A stretch of DNA of 64,000 nt from Candidatus Nealsonbacteria bacterium (GCA_047456295.1 CP179887.1:559159-623158); one strand, 5' to 3'. Positions 26,487-36,290 are shown, numbered from the stretch's first letter. Numbers and translations are program-made. The notes: generated by a model from the letters alone, not told the origin.

Positions 26487-27410
26487 ATGCCTGATATTTG
26501 TATTTGGAACAGATGCAATAATAACTGTATAATGTGTACCAACCCTGTTGGTTTTCAAAGTAAAAAAACCTCAAAGGATTATTCTTTTGAAAAGATAACT
26601 GAGAGGGTTCAGACAACTATTGATTTGTGGAACAAGAATCAAGAAAACCTTAATTTTACTGGCGGTGAACCCACCACCCATCCTCGTTTTTTAGAATTGT
26701 GGTATTGGTTTAGAAGAAATTTCCCCAGAAAAAAATTGGTTCTGGCAAGCAACGGCAGGATGTTTAGTTATCCCTGGTTTACAAAAAGTTTTCTCAAGAT
26801 AAATAATCTGGCCATTGAAATAGCTATTTTAGGTCCCAATAAAGAACTGCACGATGCAATTACAGGAACTAAAGGTAGTTTTGAACAAACAGTAAAAGGT
26901 ATTTATAATATCTTAAAATACAGAAAGAGACTTCAAGAGTTAGAACTAAGATTGATTCTCATTAAGCAGAATTATGAATTAACAGGAGAGATTCTTGATT
27001 TAATTGCCAATAATTTTTCTTCAGCAGACAGGGTAATTATGATTTTCCCTGAACCAGAAGGCAAATGCGGGAAGAATTATAAGAGAGTGGGCATTACTTA
27101 CAAACAGGTAAGAAAAAAAATCACTTCTGTAATGGAAAGATTTAATGATAAATTTAAAGACTTGCGTCTTTATCATTTCCCTTTATGTACCCTTGGACCT
27201 GAATTATGGAAATATACCTGGATAACCCAGAGGAGGGATGAAGTAACTTATTTACCAAGTTGTAATGATTGTTCATATAAAAAGTTTTGTTGCGGTATTC
27301 ACAAAGATTATTTAAAGATTGTTGGAGATAAAGAATTTAAACCTGTTAAAACAGACTTAAGATTTAAGATCAAAGACAGTCTCTATCATCCAATTATAGA
27401 TGTTTTGTAA
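26487..27410 (+). CDS. compact radical SAM enzyme, island paralog 5
   Basis: CNNNCIMC, FTGGEP, ASNGRMFSY, GSFEQT, and C-terminal FPLC plus CNDCSYKKFCCGIHKDY...VGDKEFKPVK. Confidence 0.8.
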   Translation: MPDICIWNRCNNNCIMCTNPVGFQSKKTSKDYSFEKITERVQTTIDLWNKNQENLNFTGGEPTTHPRFLELWYWFRRNFPRKKLVLASNGRMFSYPWFTKSFLKINNLAIEIAILGPNKELHDAITGTKGSFEQTVKGIYNILKYRKRLQELELRLILIKQNYELTGEILDLIANNFSSADRVIMIFPEPEGKCGKNYKRVGITYKQVRKKITSVMERFNDKFKDLRLYHFPLCTLGPELWKYTWITQRRDEVTYLPSCNDCSYKKFCCGIHKDYLKIVGDKEFKPVKTDLRFKIKDSLYHPIIDVL

Positions 27411-27412
27411 TT

Positions 27413-28570
27413 ATGTTCCCATCATTTTTATCTGATTTGCCACTTTTAATCCCTCTTTTTGTTATTGGAGGAATCTGTAGCTATACGGATATTAGATATG
27501 GAAAAATCTTTAATAAGTGGATTGTTACAGGACTTTTTTGGGGCATTTCTTTTTATATCTTTCTTTTTTTCTATAATTTCTTTTTCCTTTTTCAAACATC
27601 AAACATCAAATATCTAATGGAGGTGGGTACAAATACCTTAATTTCTTTTTTGGTGGGTTACCTCCTGTGGAATTTTAACCTATGGTCTGCTGGAGATGCT
27701 AAGTTTTTTTCTCTGTGCGCTTTCTTGTTGCCCTTAAAATTTTATTCAAAGAGCTATTTAACCTTTTTTCCTTCTTTCAATCTCTTGGTTAATCTTTTTG
27801 TTCCTTTACTTTTGATTTTAACATTTACTGCTTTTTTAATGGGAATAAAAGAACTATTCAATTATAGAAAAAGATTAAAGAATATTAAAAAGGTAGATAT
27901 TAAAAAAGTGTTTTCTAGGTTTAACACCTTGGGTAAAAAGTTCTCTCAAGTATTTTTGAATTTTATTTTTATATTTATTCTTTTTCAACAGACAGCTTCT
28001 TTTAGAGAGTTTATTCCAGGGGAAGAATTTTTGTTTAATCCCCTCACCTTTTTTTTCTTATTATTTGTTCTTTCAGGTTATCTTTCTAAGATTCAAACAA
28101 AGAAAAAGTGGATTGGTTACTTTATCAATGGAACGGTACTCTTGTACTTTTCTTATTTAATTTTTTCTGGTAAAATTGAGATATTGAAGCTCATTTTAAA
28201 GAATACCCTGTTTTTTATGGTGTTAATAACTTTCTTGCGTCAGGTCTTAAGTTTTTATATAGAAAAGAAAGAGGTAAAAAAGATAAAAATCAAGGATATT
28301 CAAAAAGGAGCAGTAATTTCTAAGAATGAACTGGGTTTAATATTAAGAGGGCTGAAGCAAAAAGGAATGGATAAATCTTTTGGGAAAATAATAGCTGAAG
28401 GATTAAACGAAAACCAGGTTAAAATCATTAAGGATTTATTTACTGAAAACCCTAATATAGAGATAAAAATCTACAAGACATTCCCTTTTGCTCCCTTCAT
28501 GCTTTTATCAGTTGTTATCTCTATTTTAACCGAGAGTTCCTTTATTGATTTATTAATTTTAAAGTTATAA
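27413..28570 (+). CDS. atypical A24-family (prepilin/preflagellin-peptidase-like) aspartyl protease with a large insertion
   Basis: YTDIRYGKIFN (first Asp context), WSAGDAKFF (GDxK second Asp context) and C-terminal FPFAPFML. It has no N-terminal Cys motif. About 230 extra residues, including a soluble segment, sit before the last helix. Confidence 0.65.
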   Translation: MFPSFLSDLPLLIPLFVIGGICSYTDIRYGKIFNKWIVTGLFWGISFYIFLFFYNFFFLFQTSNIKYLMEVGTNTLISFLVGYLLWNFNLWSAGDAKFFSLCAFLLPLKFYSKSYLTFFPSFNLLVNLFVPLLLILTFTAFLMGIKELFNYRKRLKNIKKVDIKKVFSRFNTLGKKFSQVFLNFIFIFILFQQTASFREFIPGEEFLFNPLTFFFLLFVLSGYLSKIQTKKKWIGYFINGTVLLYFSYLIFSGKIEILKLILKNTLFFMVLITFLRQVLSFYIEKKEVKKIKIKDIQKGAVISKNELGLILRGLKQKGMDKSFGKIIAEGLNENQVKIIKDLFTENPNIEIKIYKTFPFAPFMLLSVVISILTESSFIDLLILKL

Positions 28571-28623
28571 AATTAAGTAACACAAAGGTCATGTTAAAAA
28601 AATTAAAATAATTTTGAGAAATT

Positions 28624-29112
28624 ATGAATATTAAAACTCCTTGGTTGGTCTTGGTTTCAATTAGTATAATATTGATTTTAACGGGCTTAGCCTTTTATAC
28701 ATATAATTATTCTGTTTCAGAGCTTCCTCAAGACACCGAACCAGAAATTCAAACTGAAACCCCTGCAGAAGCAGATTCTCAATATCCCAGGAATTTACTT
28801 GAAGCATTTATAATAAGTGTAGAGATAGATTCTCCAAAAGGGAACTTTAAAGTGAAAGTAGATTTGAATAAGATTTTTCCAGAGGAAGTTTCCCACACTA
28901 AAGAAGTAACAGTACTGACAGATGAAACAACAAAGTTTTCTGTTTACTATTTAGAAACTCAAGAAGAAACCCCAGCTACCATAGAAGATTTTGGAGAAGG
29001 AGTAGGCGTGGTTATAGCCATTAAAGAAGACAATGATACTATCTTAATTGAGGATTCCTTTACTGCTTTAAGGATGATGAAAATGATAGGTCCGTTCATC
29101 GATATTCAGTAG
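28624..29112 (+). CDS. hypothetical N-terminally anchored exported protein
   Basis: One TM helix, then an acidic linker and a small domain. Confidence 0.5.
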   Translation: MNIKTPWLVLVSISIILILTGLAFYTYNYSVSELPQDTEPEIQTETPAEADSQYPRNLLEAFIISVEIDSPKGNFKVKVDLNKIFPEEVSHTKEVTVLTDETTKFSVYYLETQEETPATIEDFGEGVGVVIAIKEDNDTILIEDSFTALRMMKMIGPFIDIQ

Positions 29113-29213
29113 TTTGTTATCTATAAGATAATAGATACAAACCAAGAATTTACCTGATAAGCCTTAAAATACCTTAAGAACAGGCAATTTAAAAAAAATA
29201 GACAATCTTTGTT

Positions 29214-30929
29214 ATGTATCCAGACTCAAAACTCACCAATAAAAAGGCAATTGTGTGGCTGACAAGAATAACAATCCTTATCTTGTTTATAGTGGGTAGT
29301 TTTGGATTTGGTGATAAGGCCTATACAGATACCTCTATTTATGACTTTTTTTCAGGGGCAAGAGTAAGCAACTGGGCTTATGAAAAAGGCGGCAGCCAGC
29401 CTGCCAGCCCCACTGATTATACTTCAGAAGCCTTCTGGCCTGACGACTACAACAATATCTCTTCCAGTAATAATGTAAGATGGGACACTATGCTAGCTAC
29501 TAATAATGATTGGGATTCTCAAATTTACACCTTTACCATCAATGAGTTTATCGATACCATCACCAGTCTGACCCTTGAATGGGAGGGTTATGGAGAAACT
29601 GCCAGTGTTTTTCTTACCCATTTTTATATCTGGAATCAAAATTCCAGTACCTGGGAACCATTAGACAGTCTAGATTTTACTTCAGCATCTGATATTACTT
29701 TAACTGGCAGCATTACCACCAACATTAGGAATTATATTAATCCTGTTACCAAGAAGTTAACTATCATGGCTGCTACCCAGAGAGCAAAACAATTGGGTGA
29801 GTCATGTGTTCTAAGTACTGAATGTGCTTCTGGTTATTGTGTAGATGGAGTGTGTTGTAATGAGACTTGTGGTGGTGATTGCGAGGCTTGTGATTTAGCA
29901 GGCAGTGTGGGCACCTGTACTTCGGTAGAAGACGGCACTGATCCTGAGGGAGACTGCGGTACTGGCTGCCAGCGTTGTGTCTCAGGCTCATGTCAGGACT
30001 ATAGTGACATCTGTTCTGCCATAGATTGTTACACTGGTAGCTGTGTGAGTGACGCCTGTACTATCTATTCTGGTGGTGAAAAAGGTACCTGTACTACCTG
30101 TCAGTATTGTAATGATAGTGATGCTGCCTGTGATAACTGGCCAAACAATACACAGGCAGGGGGATGTAATGCTACCTGCCAAGCTTGTCAGTCTGGTTCT
30201 TGTGGTTACGCAACTGCTGGTACTGATCCTGGCTCACATTGTACTAATCCTGTTTCTGGAAGCAAGACCACAGGATGTGCTACGGGTAACTGTAATTCGA
30301 GCCATGTTTGCGGAGTGTATACTTCAGGCGATCAGAATTGTCCAGTATGCTGGACGTGTACAGATTCTGATATAGCTTGCGAAAAGCACAACATATCATA
30401 TCGAGACACTTGTCCGGTTTGTAAAGCCTGTGATGCAAGCGGGGACTGTTCAGACGTTCTGACTGAGAACACAGATACTGATACCGGTTGGGGTTTTAAT
30501 CTTTATGGCTGTATCTCGGATTTCAGAACAGATAATAAAAGATGTTATAGCGGAGTCTGTAGAACATGTGAAAGCCCTGGGTATATTTATGATGATGGCT
30601 GCATTAATTGTGCTGGACAGGGAGGCAAGGCTTGCTGGCGTTACGGAGGAGATCCTGGTATATTCAATGGATTTAGTTGTAATACAGCTTGTGGTACCAG
30701 GGGTTGCGTCCAAGCAAATTGGAACGATACTACAAGTTGTAGTGTCTGTAGACATTGGTGGTCTACTGCCAACTGTTCAACTTTCGCTTCGGGCTATGGT
30801 TATGTGCCAGCTTATTATAATCTCCTTGGCACAGACACTTGTCATTATAGACCATCAGGAACTTCTCAAAACTGTGGTCTAACTACTGGTGAGGGTTGGA
30901 GTAGGCGTCTCTGTGTGTGTAATTGGTAA
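29214..30929 (+). CDS. secreted Cys-rich repeat protein
   Basis: N-terminal TM/signal sequence, a domain of about 190 aa, then about 350 aa of C-x-x-C / G-x-C modules (for example CASGYCVDGVCCNETCGGDCEAC). Confidence 0.7.
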   Translation: MYPDSKLTNKKAIVWLTRITILILFIVGSFGFGDKAYTDTSIYDFFSGARVSNWAYEKGGSQPASPTDYTSEAFWPDDYNNISSSNNVRWDTMLATNNDWDSQIYTFTINEFIDTITSLTLEWEGYGETASVFLTHFYIWNQNSSTWEPLDSLDFTSASDITLTGSITTNIRNYINPVTKKLTIMAATQRAKQLGESCVLSTECASGYCVDGVCCNETCGGDCEACDLAGSVGTCTSVEDGTDPEGDCGTGCQRCVSGSCQDYSDICSAIDCYTGSCVSDACTIYSGGEKGTCTTCQYCNDSDAACDNWPNNTQAGGCNATCQACQSGSCGYATAGTDPGSHCTNPVSGSKTTGCATGNCNSSHVCGVYTSGDQNCPVCWTCTDSDIACEKHNISYRDTCPVCKACDASGDCSDVLTENTDTDTGWGFNLYGCISDFRTDNKRCYSGVCRTCESPGYIYDDGCINCAGQGGKACWRYGGDPGIFNGFSCNTACGTRGCVQANWNDTTSCSVCRHWWSTANCSTFASGYGYVPAYYNLLGTDTCHYRPSGTSQNCGLTTGEGWSRRLCVCNW

Positions 30930-31003
30930 TTCTTAGCATTTCCTGTTTTATATTTAGTGTATAAGGGGATATAAAATTAAATCACCTCCTTGAATGAACG
31001 AAT

Positions 31004-31024
31004 TGAACGGGTCAGACCCGTTCA
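31004..31024 (+). other. 9-bp hairpin TGAACGGGT-CAG-ACCCGTTCA in the intergenic region
   Basis: Perfect inverted repeat with no U-tract after it. Part of the 3' arm (GACCCGTT) recurs 12 nt downstream. Confidence 0.4.
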
Positions 31025-31067
31025 TGGAGACCCGTTAATTAAATAGGAAACAAATAAGTGACTAAAA

Positions 31068-34000
31068 ATGTCTTTTCTAAAATCTAAAATTTTTATTTCT
31101 CTCTTTCTGATTTTAACCTTTTCTCTTTTGATTGGTGGATTTATAGTTGAGGCTGCATTGAACACAGATTACCCCAGGGTTATAGTGACTTTCACGGCTG
31201 ATGTTATTGATCCTGTTGTTACTGTCTTTGATGTTTCTCCTACTTTACTCACTGTCAGCGATGCAGAAACTACCATTTCTTGGACAGTTACTGATTCTGG
31301 AGGTTCCCACCTTTCTCATGTAGAAGTCTGGCGTGCTCCTGATGTTGATGGCGTACCTGGTACATGGGGTTTAATCAGCACCCATCCAGCTCCCGCAGAT
31401 TCTGATTCCTGGTCAAGTGATACCGCTAATTCTCCTCCAGAAGGTATCTGGTGGTATGGCATCCATGTTTTAGATAATGCAGGTAATATGGGAACTGAAA
31501 GTTCGCCAATTGAGGTGATTAAAGATACTACTCCACCTGCTGTTTCTATTGAAGGTGCTCCAGCTGATTGGCAAAACACCGATGCCACAGCTTCGGTTTC
31601 TTGTTCAGGAACAGGAAGTGGTTGTGTTCCAGCAACCTACAGAATAATAACATACGCTTTAAACCCAGGAACCTGTCCTGATGTTTACTCTAACTATACC
31701 TTAACCAGTCCTCAAACCATTTCTTCCCATTTATGGGTTTGCGGAACAGCCAAGGATTTAGGTGAAAACGTTGGTTTTTCCACCCCTGTTGAGTTTAAAG
31801 TGGATAAAGTACTTCCATTTACAGGAGTTATTTCTCCATCTGGTGGTTCTTGGCATAAAGATGATTTTACAGCTACTATTACTGATTTAGACTATGATTC
31901 TGGTCTGGTTACAACCTGTGAGTATCTAGTTGTGGGTTTAAATCCTCTAGAAGGACCTGACTGTTCTTCAGGAATACTAACCAGAAATTGTGGCTCTACT
32001 AACATAAATGTTTTTGTCGGTTCGGGAACCTGCGGTCCTGATAATATCTGTAGATTTGAAGGTGAAAATCAGTGTAAGGTTTCAACGCAATCTTTTGATA
32101 ATGCTGGAAATACTTCTGGTTGGAAAAGTAAACATTTCAGTATTGATTGGACTTCACCTGTGGTTGGAGAAATCTCTCCCTTGAATGCCACTCAGTGGAT
32201 AGAGCAGACTTTTAATGCTTCCCTTGCTGATCCAGTTGGAAAGATTATTGGTTGTTGGTTTTATGTAGACGGAGCTTATAAAAAACAAGCAGATTCTATT
32301 TTACCTATTCCTTGTGAAAATGGAGCAGATTGTACGGTTTCAGTAGATTATACCTTTACTTCTTCAGGAGATTTTAGTGCCCAATTTAGCTGTCAAGATG
32401 AGGCCGGACATATTGACTGGGGGGATCCGGTAACCATTAGTGTTGCAGAGGGGGAGAGTATAACCGCACCAATTATTACTAGTTTAGATTATTTTACCGC
32501 CCATTCTTCTGCTCCAGACCAAGAGTGTACTAATCAGTTTAACTGTTGTACAGAACCAACTACCCAAACAGATTGTTCTGTTAAATTTAATATTAGCGCT
32601 TATGACCCAGATGAAAATCCTTTAACTTATGATTGGGATTTTGGAGATGGAACACCGCATTCAAATAATGAAGACCCTTCGCATTACTACGATACTGCTA
32701 ACACTTATAATGTTTTAGTTGATGTTTTTGATGGAACAGAACATACTCAAGATACATTAGTCGTAACAGTAAATAATCCAACTGTTTCAGTTGGCCTTAC
32801 TGCTGACCCGGCTTTTGGCACTGATTCTCTGTCAGGAGTTGATTTAAGGGCAATTGTAGGTGGGTCAATGTTCGGGACAATAAATTATAAGTTTGATTGT
32901 ACAAATAATGATAGTTGGGAGCTGGAAGTCTCAAATCAAAGTATTGATGATTATACTGCTGTTGCTCTTTGCAGTTATTTAACACCAGCTAGTTATACAG
33001 CTAAAGCCTTTATTCAAAGAGGTGAAGGAAGTGCTGAAGATACTGCCAATATTGATGTATTGCCTTCAGAATGTACTTCTGGACAGCAAACCAGTTGTAC
33101 TTCTCCCCAGGGTTGCTCTCACACCATTACCTGTCAGGGAGACAGTACCTGGCCTCCTTGTCCATCAGATGAGTGTGTAAAAGCTAGTGCCCAGGATTGT
33201 GGCAATTGCGGAACTCAAACCTGTACAGATCTTTGTGCCTGGGATGCCTGTACCGGAGAAGGAGAATGTTCGCCAGGACCAGATTGTTCATCGTGTCCTT
33301 GTCCGACTGATTCCTGTGCGGGTCAGGATTATTATGATTACCCTGATTTCGGAGATTGTGACAGTTATTGTTCTTGTAATACAGGGACAGGAATAGGTCA
33401 GCCTTGTGAGCCTACTATTTATGTTGATGATTCTCGATGTAATCAAGCCCCTATTTGTGATTCTTTGATTGCCTCACCCAGTGCAGGGATTGCGCCCTTA
33501 GATGTATTGTTAACAGGTTCAGGTCACGACCCAGACGGAGTAATTTCTCAATATGAGTTTGATTTTGGAGATGGTTCTCCTTTAATTACCACTTCAAGTA
33601 ATAGTGTGGAGTATACTTATGATACTCCAGATACTTATTGTGCCAAGCTTAAGGTGCAAGACAATGATGGAATCTGGTCAGAAACTCCTGGTGATTGTCC
33701 GTCCACCTGTGGACAAGAAATTACTGTTAGCCCGAATAATCCTCCTCAAGCTCTTATTTCCTGTGATGCGACAAATTGCGGTCCTGGTTCTTACTGTGAT
33801 GTAACTGGAACCTGGATTGCCTACAACAGGAACTGTCAGTTTCATTTATTAAATAAATCCACTGATCCTGATTCAACAAATCCTGAAAATAACAATGATA
33901 TTGTAAAATCAATCTGGTCAATCTTCTATCAGGATGGTACTGCCTGGGAAGATCCTTGGTTGACCTGTATTGCTGATCCGGTTTGTGATATGCAATTACC

Positions 34001-34439
34001 AGCTTTGCCGGCAAACGAGAGTTATTATGCCAAACTATATGTTGAAGATAAGGTTGGTGCAAGCAGTGAAACCCAGAGAAACTTTTATGTCAGGAGAGAA
34101 GCAATTGCAGATTTTGAATGTTCTTTAAAGCCTGAAGAGGGCTGGCAGGTTTGCGGCGACAATTTCAGGGTCTCTGAAGGAGAAATAGCTTATTTCAGGG
34201 ATACCTCTTCGGTATCTGAAGGTGCAACAAGTGTTAGTTCCTGGTCATGGACATTTACAGATGGTATTCCTTCAACCAGCAATCTTCAAAACCCTTCAGC
34301 CAGCTTTGAAGAAGTGGATGCCGTTTCTGGCACAGTAAAATTAGAGATTACAGATAATGTCGGAAGAACAGACAGCAGGTCTTATCAGGTTTCAATTACC
34401 GTTCCTCTCCCTGAATGGCGTGAAGTTCCTCCCTTTTAA
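31068..34439 (+). CDS. large surface protein with PKD-type and Cys-rich domains (adhesin candidate)
   Basis: Signal/TM N-terminus and PKD signatures YDWDFGDGTP, YEFDFGDGSP and WSWTFTDG. A Cys-rich block spans roughly residues 670-800. 1123 aa. Confidence 0.75.
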   Translation: MSFLKSKIFISLFLILTFSLLIGGFIVEAALNTDYPRVIVTFTADVIDPVVTVFDVSPTLLTVSDAETTISWTVTDSGGSHLSHVEVWRAPDVDGVPGTWGLISTHPAPADSDSWSSDTANSPPEGIWWYGIHVLDNAGNMGTESSPIEVIKDTTPPAVSIEGAPADWQNTDATASVSCSGTGSGCVPATYRIITYALNPGTCPDVYSNYTLTSPQTISSHLWVCGTAKDLGENVGFSTPVEFKVDKVLPFTGVISPSGGSWHKDDFTATITDLDYDSGLVTTCEYLVVGLNPLEGPDCSSGILTRNCGSTNINVFVGSGTCGPDNICRFEGENQCKVSTQSFDNAGNTSGWKSKHFSIDWTSPVVGEISPLNATQWIEQTFNASLADPVGKIIGCWFYVDGAYKKQADSILPIPCENGADCTVSVDYTFTSSGDFSAQFSCQDEAGHIDWGDPVTISVAEGESITAPIITSLDYFTAHSSAPDQECTNQFNCCTEPTTQTDCSVKFNISAYDPDENPLTYDWDFGDGTPHSNNEDPSHYYDTANTYNVLVDVFDGTEHTQDTLVVTVNNPTVSVGLTADPAFGTDSLSGVDLRAIVGGSMFGTINYKFDCTNNDSWELEVSNQSIDDYTAVALCSYLTPASYTAKAFIQRGEGSAEDTANIDVLPSECTSGQQTSCTSPQGCSHTITCQGDSTWPPCPSDECVKASAQDCGNCGTQTCTDLCAWDACTGEGECSPGPDCSSCPCPTDSCAGQDYYDYPDFGDCDSYCSCNTGTGIGQPCEPTIYVDDSRCNQAPICDSLIASPSAGIAPLDVLLTGSGHDPDGVISQYEFDFGDGSPLITTSSNSVEYTYDTPDTYCAKLKVQDNDGIWSETPGDCPSTCGQEITVSPNNPPQALISCDATNCGPGSYCDVTGTWIAYNRNCQFHLLNKSTDPDSTNPENNNDIVKSIWSIFYQDGTAWEDPWLTCIADPVCDMQLPALPANESYYAKLYVEDKVGASSETQRNFYVRREAIADFECSLKPEEGWQVCGDNFRVSEGEIAYFRDTSSVSEGATSVSSWSWTFTDGIPSTSNLQNPSASFEEVDAVSGTVKLEITDNVGRTDSRSYQVSITVPLPEWREVPPF

Positions 34440-34451
34440 TATCTATAAATT

Positions 34452-35009
34452 ATGGTAAAAGATAAAGGATTCACCCTGCCTGAGATTATCATGGTTGTTA
34501 GTATTATTCTTATTCTTACCTCAATCGTCATTGCTAATCAAAGGGAGGGTGAGAAGCAATTTTCTCTCCAAAGATCAGCCCATAAATTAGCCCAAGACTT
34601 AAGAGCCACCCAGGAAAAGGCAATGGGTGGGGTGAGATTTCATGGAGCTTTTCCTCAACAAGGATATGGGGTTTATTTTGTCGAAAACTCCAATTCATAT
34701 GTTTTATTTGCTGATTGTGACGGTGATAATGAGTATGACGGAGAATTTTTAGCCTGCCCGGATTGTTCTGGAGCATCCTGTATTGAAAATGTTTATTCAG
34801 AAAAGGTTGAAGAGTTTTTTTTAGAATCAGGGGTTATGATTTCCCAACTTTCTCCCTTTTCACCCTTAAATATTACTTTTTTCCCTCCTGATCCAACCAT
34901 AACGATTAAACCTGAATCTCTTGACTATCAGGCAACTACCACTCTGACCTTTGGGGGGAAAACTAGAACCGTCACTATCAATACCCTCGGTTTAATTGAT
35001 ATTGACTAA
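34452..35009 (+). CDS. pseudopilin / minor pilin
   Basis: MVKDKG/FTLPEIIMVVSIILIL class III signal. Confidence 0.8.
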   Translation: MVKDKGFTLPEIIMVVSIILILTSIVIANQREGEKQFSLQRSAHKLAQDLRATQEKAMGGVRFHGAFPQQGYGVYFVENSNSYVLFADCDGDNEYDGEFLACPDCSGASCIENVYSEKVEEFFLESGVMISQLSPFSPLNITFFPPDPTITIKPESLDYQATTTLTFGGKTRTVTINTLGLIDID

Positions 35010-35013
35010 AAAT

Positions 35014-35538
35014 ATGAAATCAAAGGGTTTTACATTATTAGAGGTAATTGCGGCAATTTTCGTTTTAGTTGTGGGACTGGGAGCTTCTTTTTCTTTAATT
35101 CATCAAACACTTTCTGCTGCTTCGATAGTTAAATCAAGATTAGTTGCTGCTTATCTGGCTCAAGAAGGCATTGAAATAGTTAAAAATACTCGTGATTCAA
35201 ATTGGCTTGAACAAAGAGTTACTGCCATTGCCTGGAATGAAGACCTTACTGAATGCCAACCTCCTGCAAAATGTTGCGAAAGTGATTATAAAACAGATAC
35301 CTCAGTCTCTTATCCTATAACCTCTCTTCTTAGCTGCGATTACGATAGTCTCCGTTATCTTAATATTGATAATAATGGTTTTTATAGTTATGCTGCTGGC
35401 ACCCCAACTAAATTTAAAAGAAATATTTCAATTGATACACAAACAGATAAAGTCAGGGTTTCAGTTGAAGTTGTATGGAAAGAAAGGGGCAGGATTCATG
35501 CCATTGAAGTCTTAGAAGATATAACCAACTGGTATTAA
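35014..35538 (+). CDS. pseudopilin / minor pilin
   Basis: MKSKG/FTLLEVIAAIFVLVVG. ATG at 35014 is preferred over the TTG at 34996. Confidence 0.8.
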   Translation: MKSKGFTLLEVIAAIFVLVVGLGASFSLIHQTLSAASIVKSRLVAAYLAQEGIEIVKNTRDSNWLEQRVTAIAWNEDLTECQPPAKCCESDYKTDTSVSYPITSLLSCDYDSLRYLNIDNNGFYSYAAGTPTKFKRNISIDTQTDKVRVSVEVVWKERGRIHAIEVLEDITNWY

Positions 35539-35578
35539 AAATAAATTTCAAATGAATACTACTAATCATTAAATACTG

Positions 35579-36247
35579 ATGAATCTTAACCATTTATTGA
35601 GAAAAATTATTTTTCCCTTATCCCAAAGCCAGCGTTCCTCATCAGATAGAGGATATACCTTAATTGAAATCTTGGTGGCTGCTGGCATCTTCTTTGTCGT
35701 ACTTGCAGGTCCTACCGGACTTCTCATTTCTTCCTTAAGGAGTCAGACAAGGATTTTAGGTTTGAGGGAAATTATTGATAATAGTTCTCATGTGCTTGAA
35801 TACATGAGTCGGGCTTTGAGAATGGCAAAAAAAGAATTAAACTGTGATATCAAATATGACCCCACGACATGTTTTTGTTTAAAGAGTAATGGTTACGGGT
35901 TCAATTATGAAAAAACTGACAGCAGAATTTTAGCTGGAACAGTTTATAGTGGTCCTGGTATAAAATTTAATAATTACCAGGAACCTCCTGTCTGCCAGGA
36001 ATTCTTCTGGGATATGAATGATAACCGGTTTAAGGAATCAAAGAATGGCTCAGTTCCTATTCCTCTGACTTCAGACGATTTAGAAATCACCCTGCTTGAA
36101 TTTGAATCTTTTGGAGAAGGACAAGCAGATGATTCCCAGCCAAGGGTGACAGTATTCTTTGATATTACTAAAAAGGGTGCTTTGGATTTCCCCCACACAA
36201 GAATTCAGACCACGATTTCTCAAAGAAATTTAGATGTGATGTATTAA
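35579..36247 (+). CDS. pseudopilin / minor pilin with a long leader
   Basis: SSDRG/YTLIEILVAAGIFFVVL. Confidence 0.75.
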   Translation: MNLNHLLRKIIFPLSQSQRSSSDRGYTLIEILVAAGIFFVVLAGPTGLLISSLRSQTRILGLREIIDNSSHVLEYMSRALRMAKKELNCDIKYDPTTCFCLKSNGYGFNYEKTDSRILAGTVYSGPGIKFNNYQEPPVCQEFFWDMNDNRFKESKNGSVPIPLTSDDLEITLLEFESFGEGQADDSQPRVTVFFDITKKGALDFPHTRIQTTISQRNLDVMY

Positions 36248-36290
36248 TCTGGATTGTGAAACCAAAATCGAATATTAAACATCAAACACT

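Noticed and set aside
9800-29213. The island as a classical integrative mobile element
   Set aside because: There is no integrase, transposase or recombinase. I could find no flanking direct repeats, and the tRNA genes in the window are not at its borders. Horizontal origin remains possible but is unsupported.
29773-30882. Cluster of 60-125 aa ORFs in other frames and strands inside the Cys-rich gene, and similar ones inside 31068..34439
   Set aside because: They are a by-product of the unusual composition (few stop-prone A/T triplets). The long Cys-rich frame has a signal sequence and internally consistent repeat modules.
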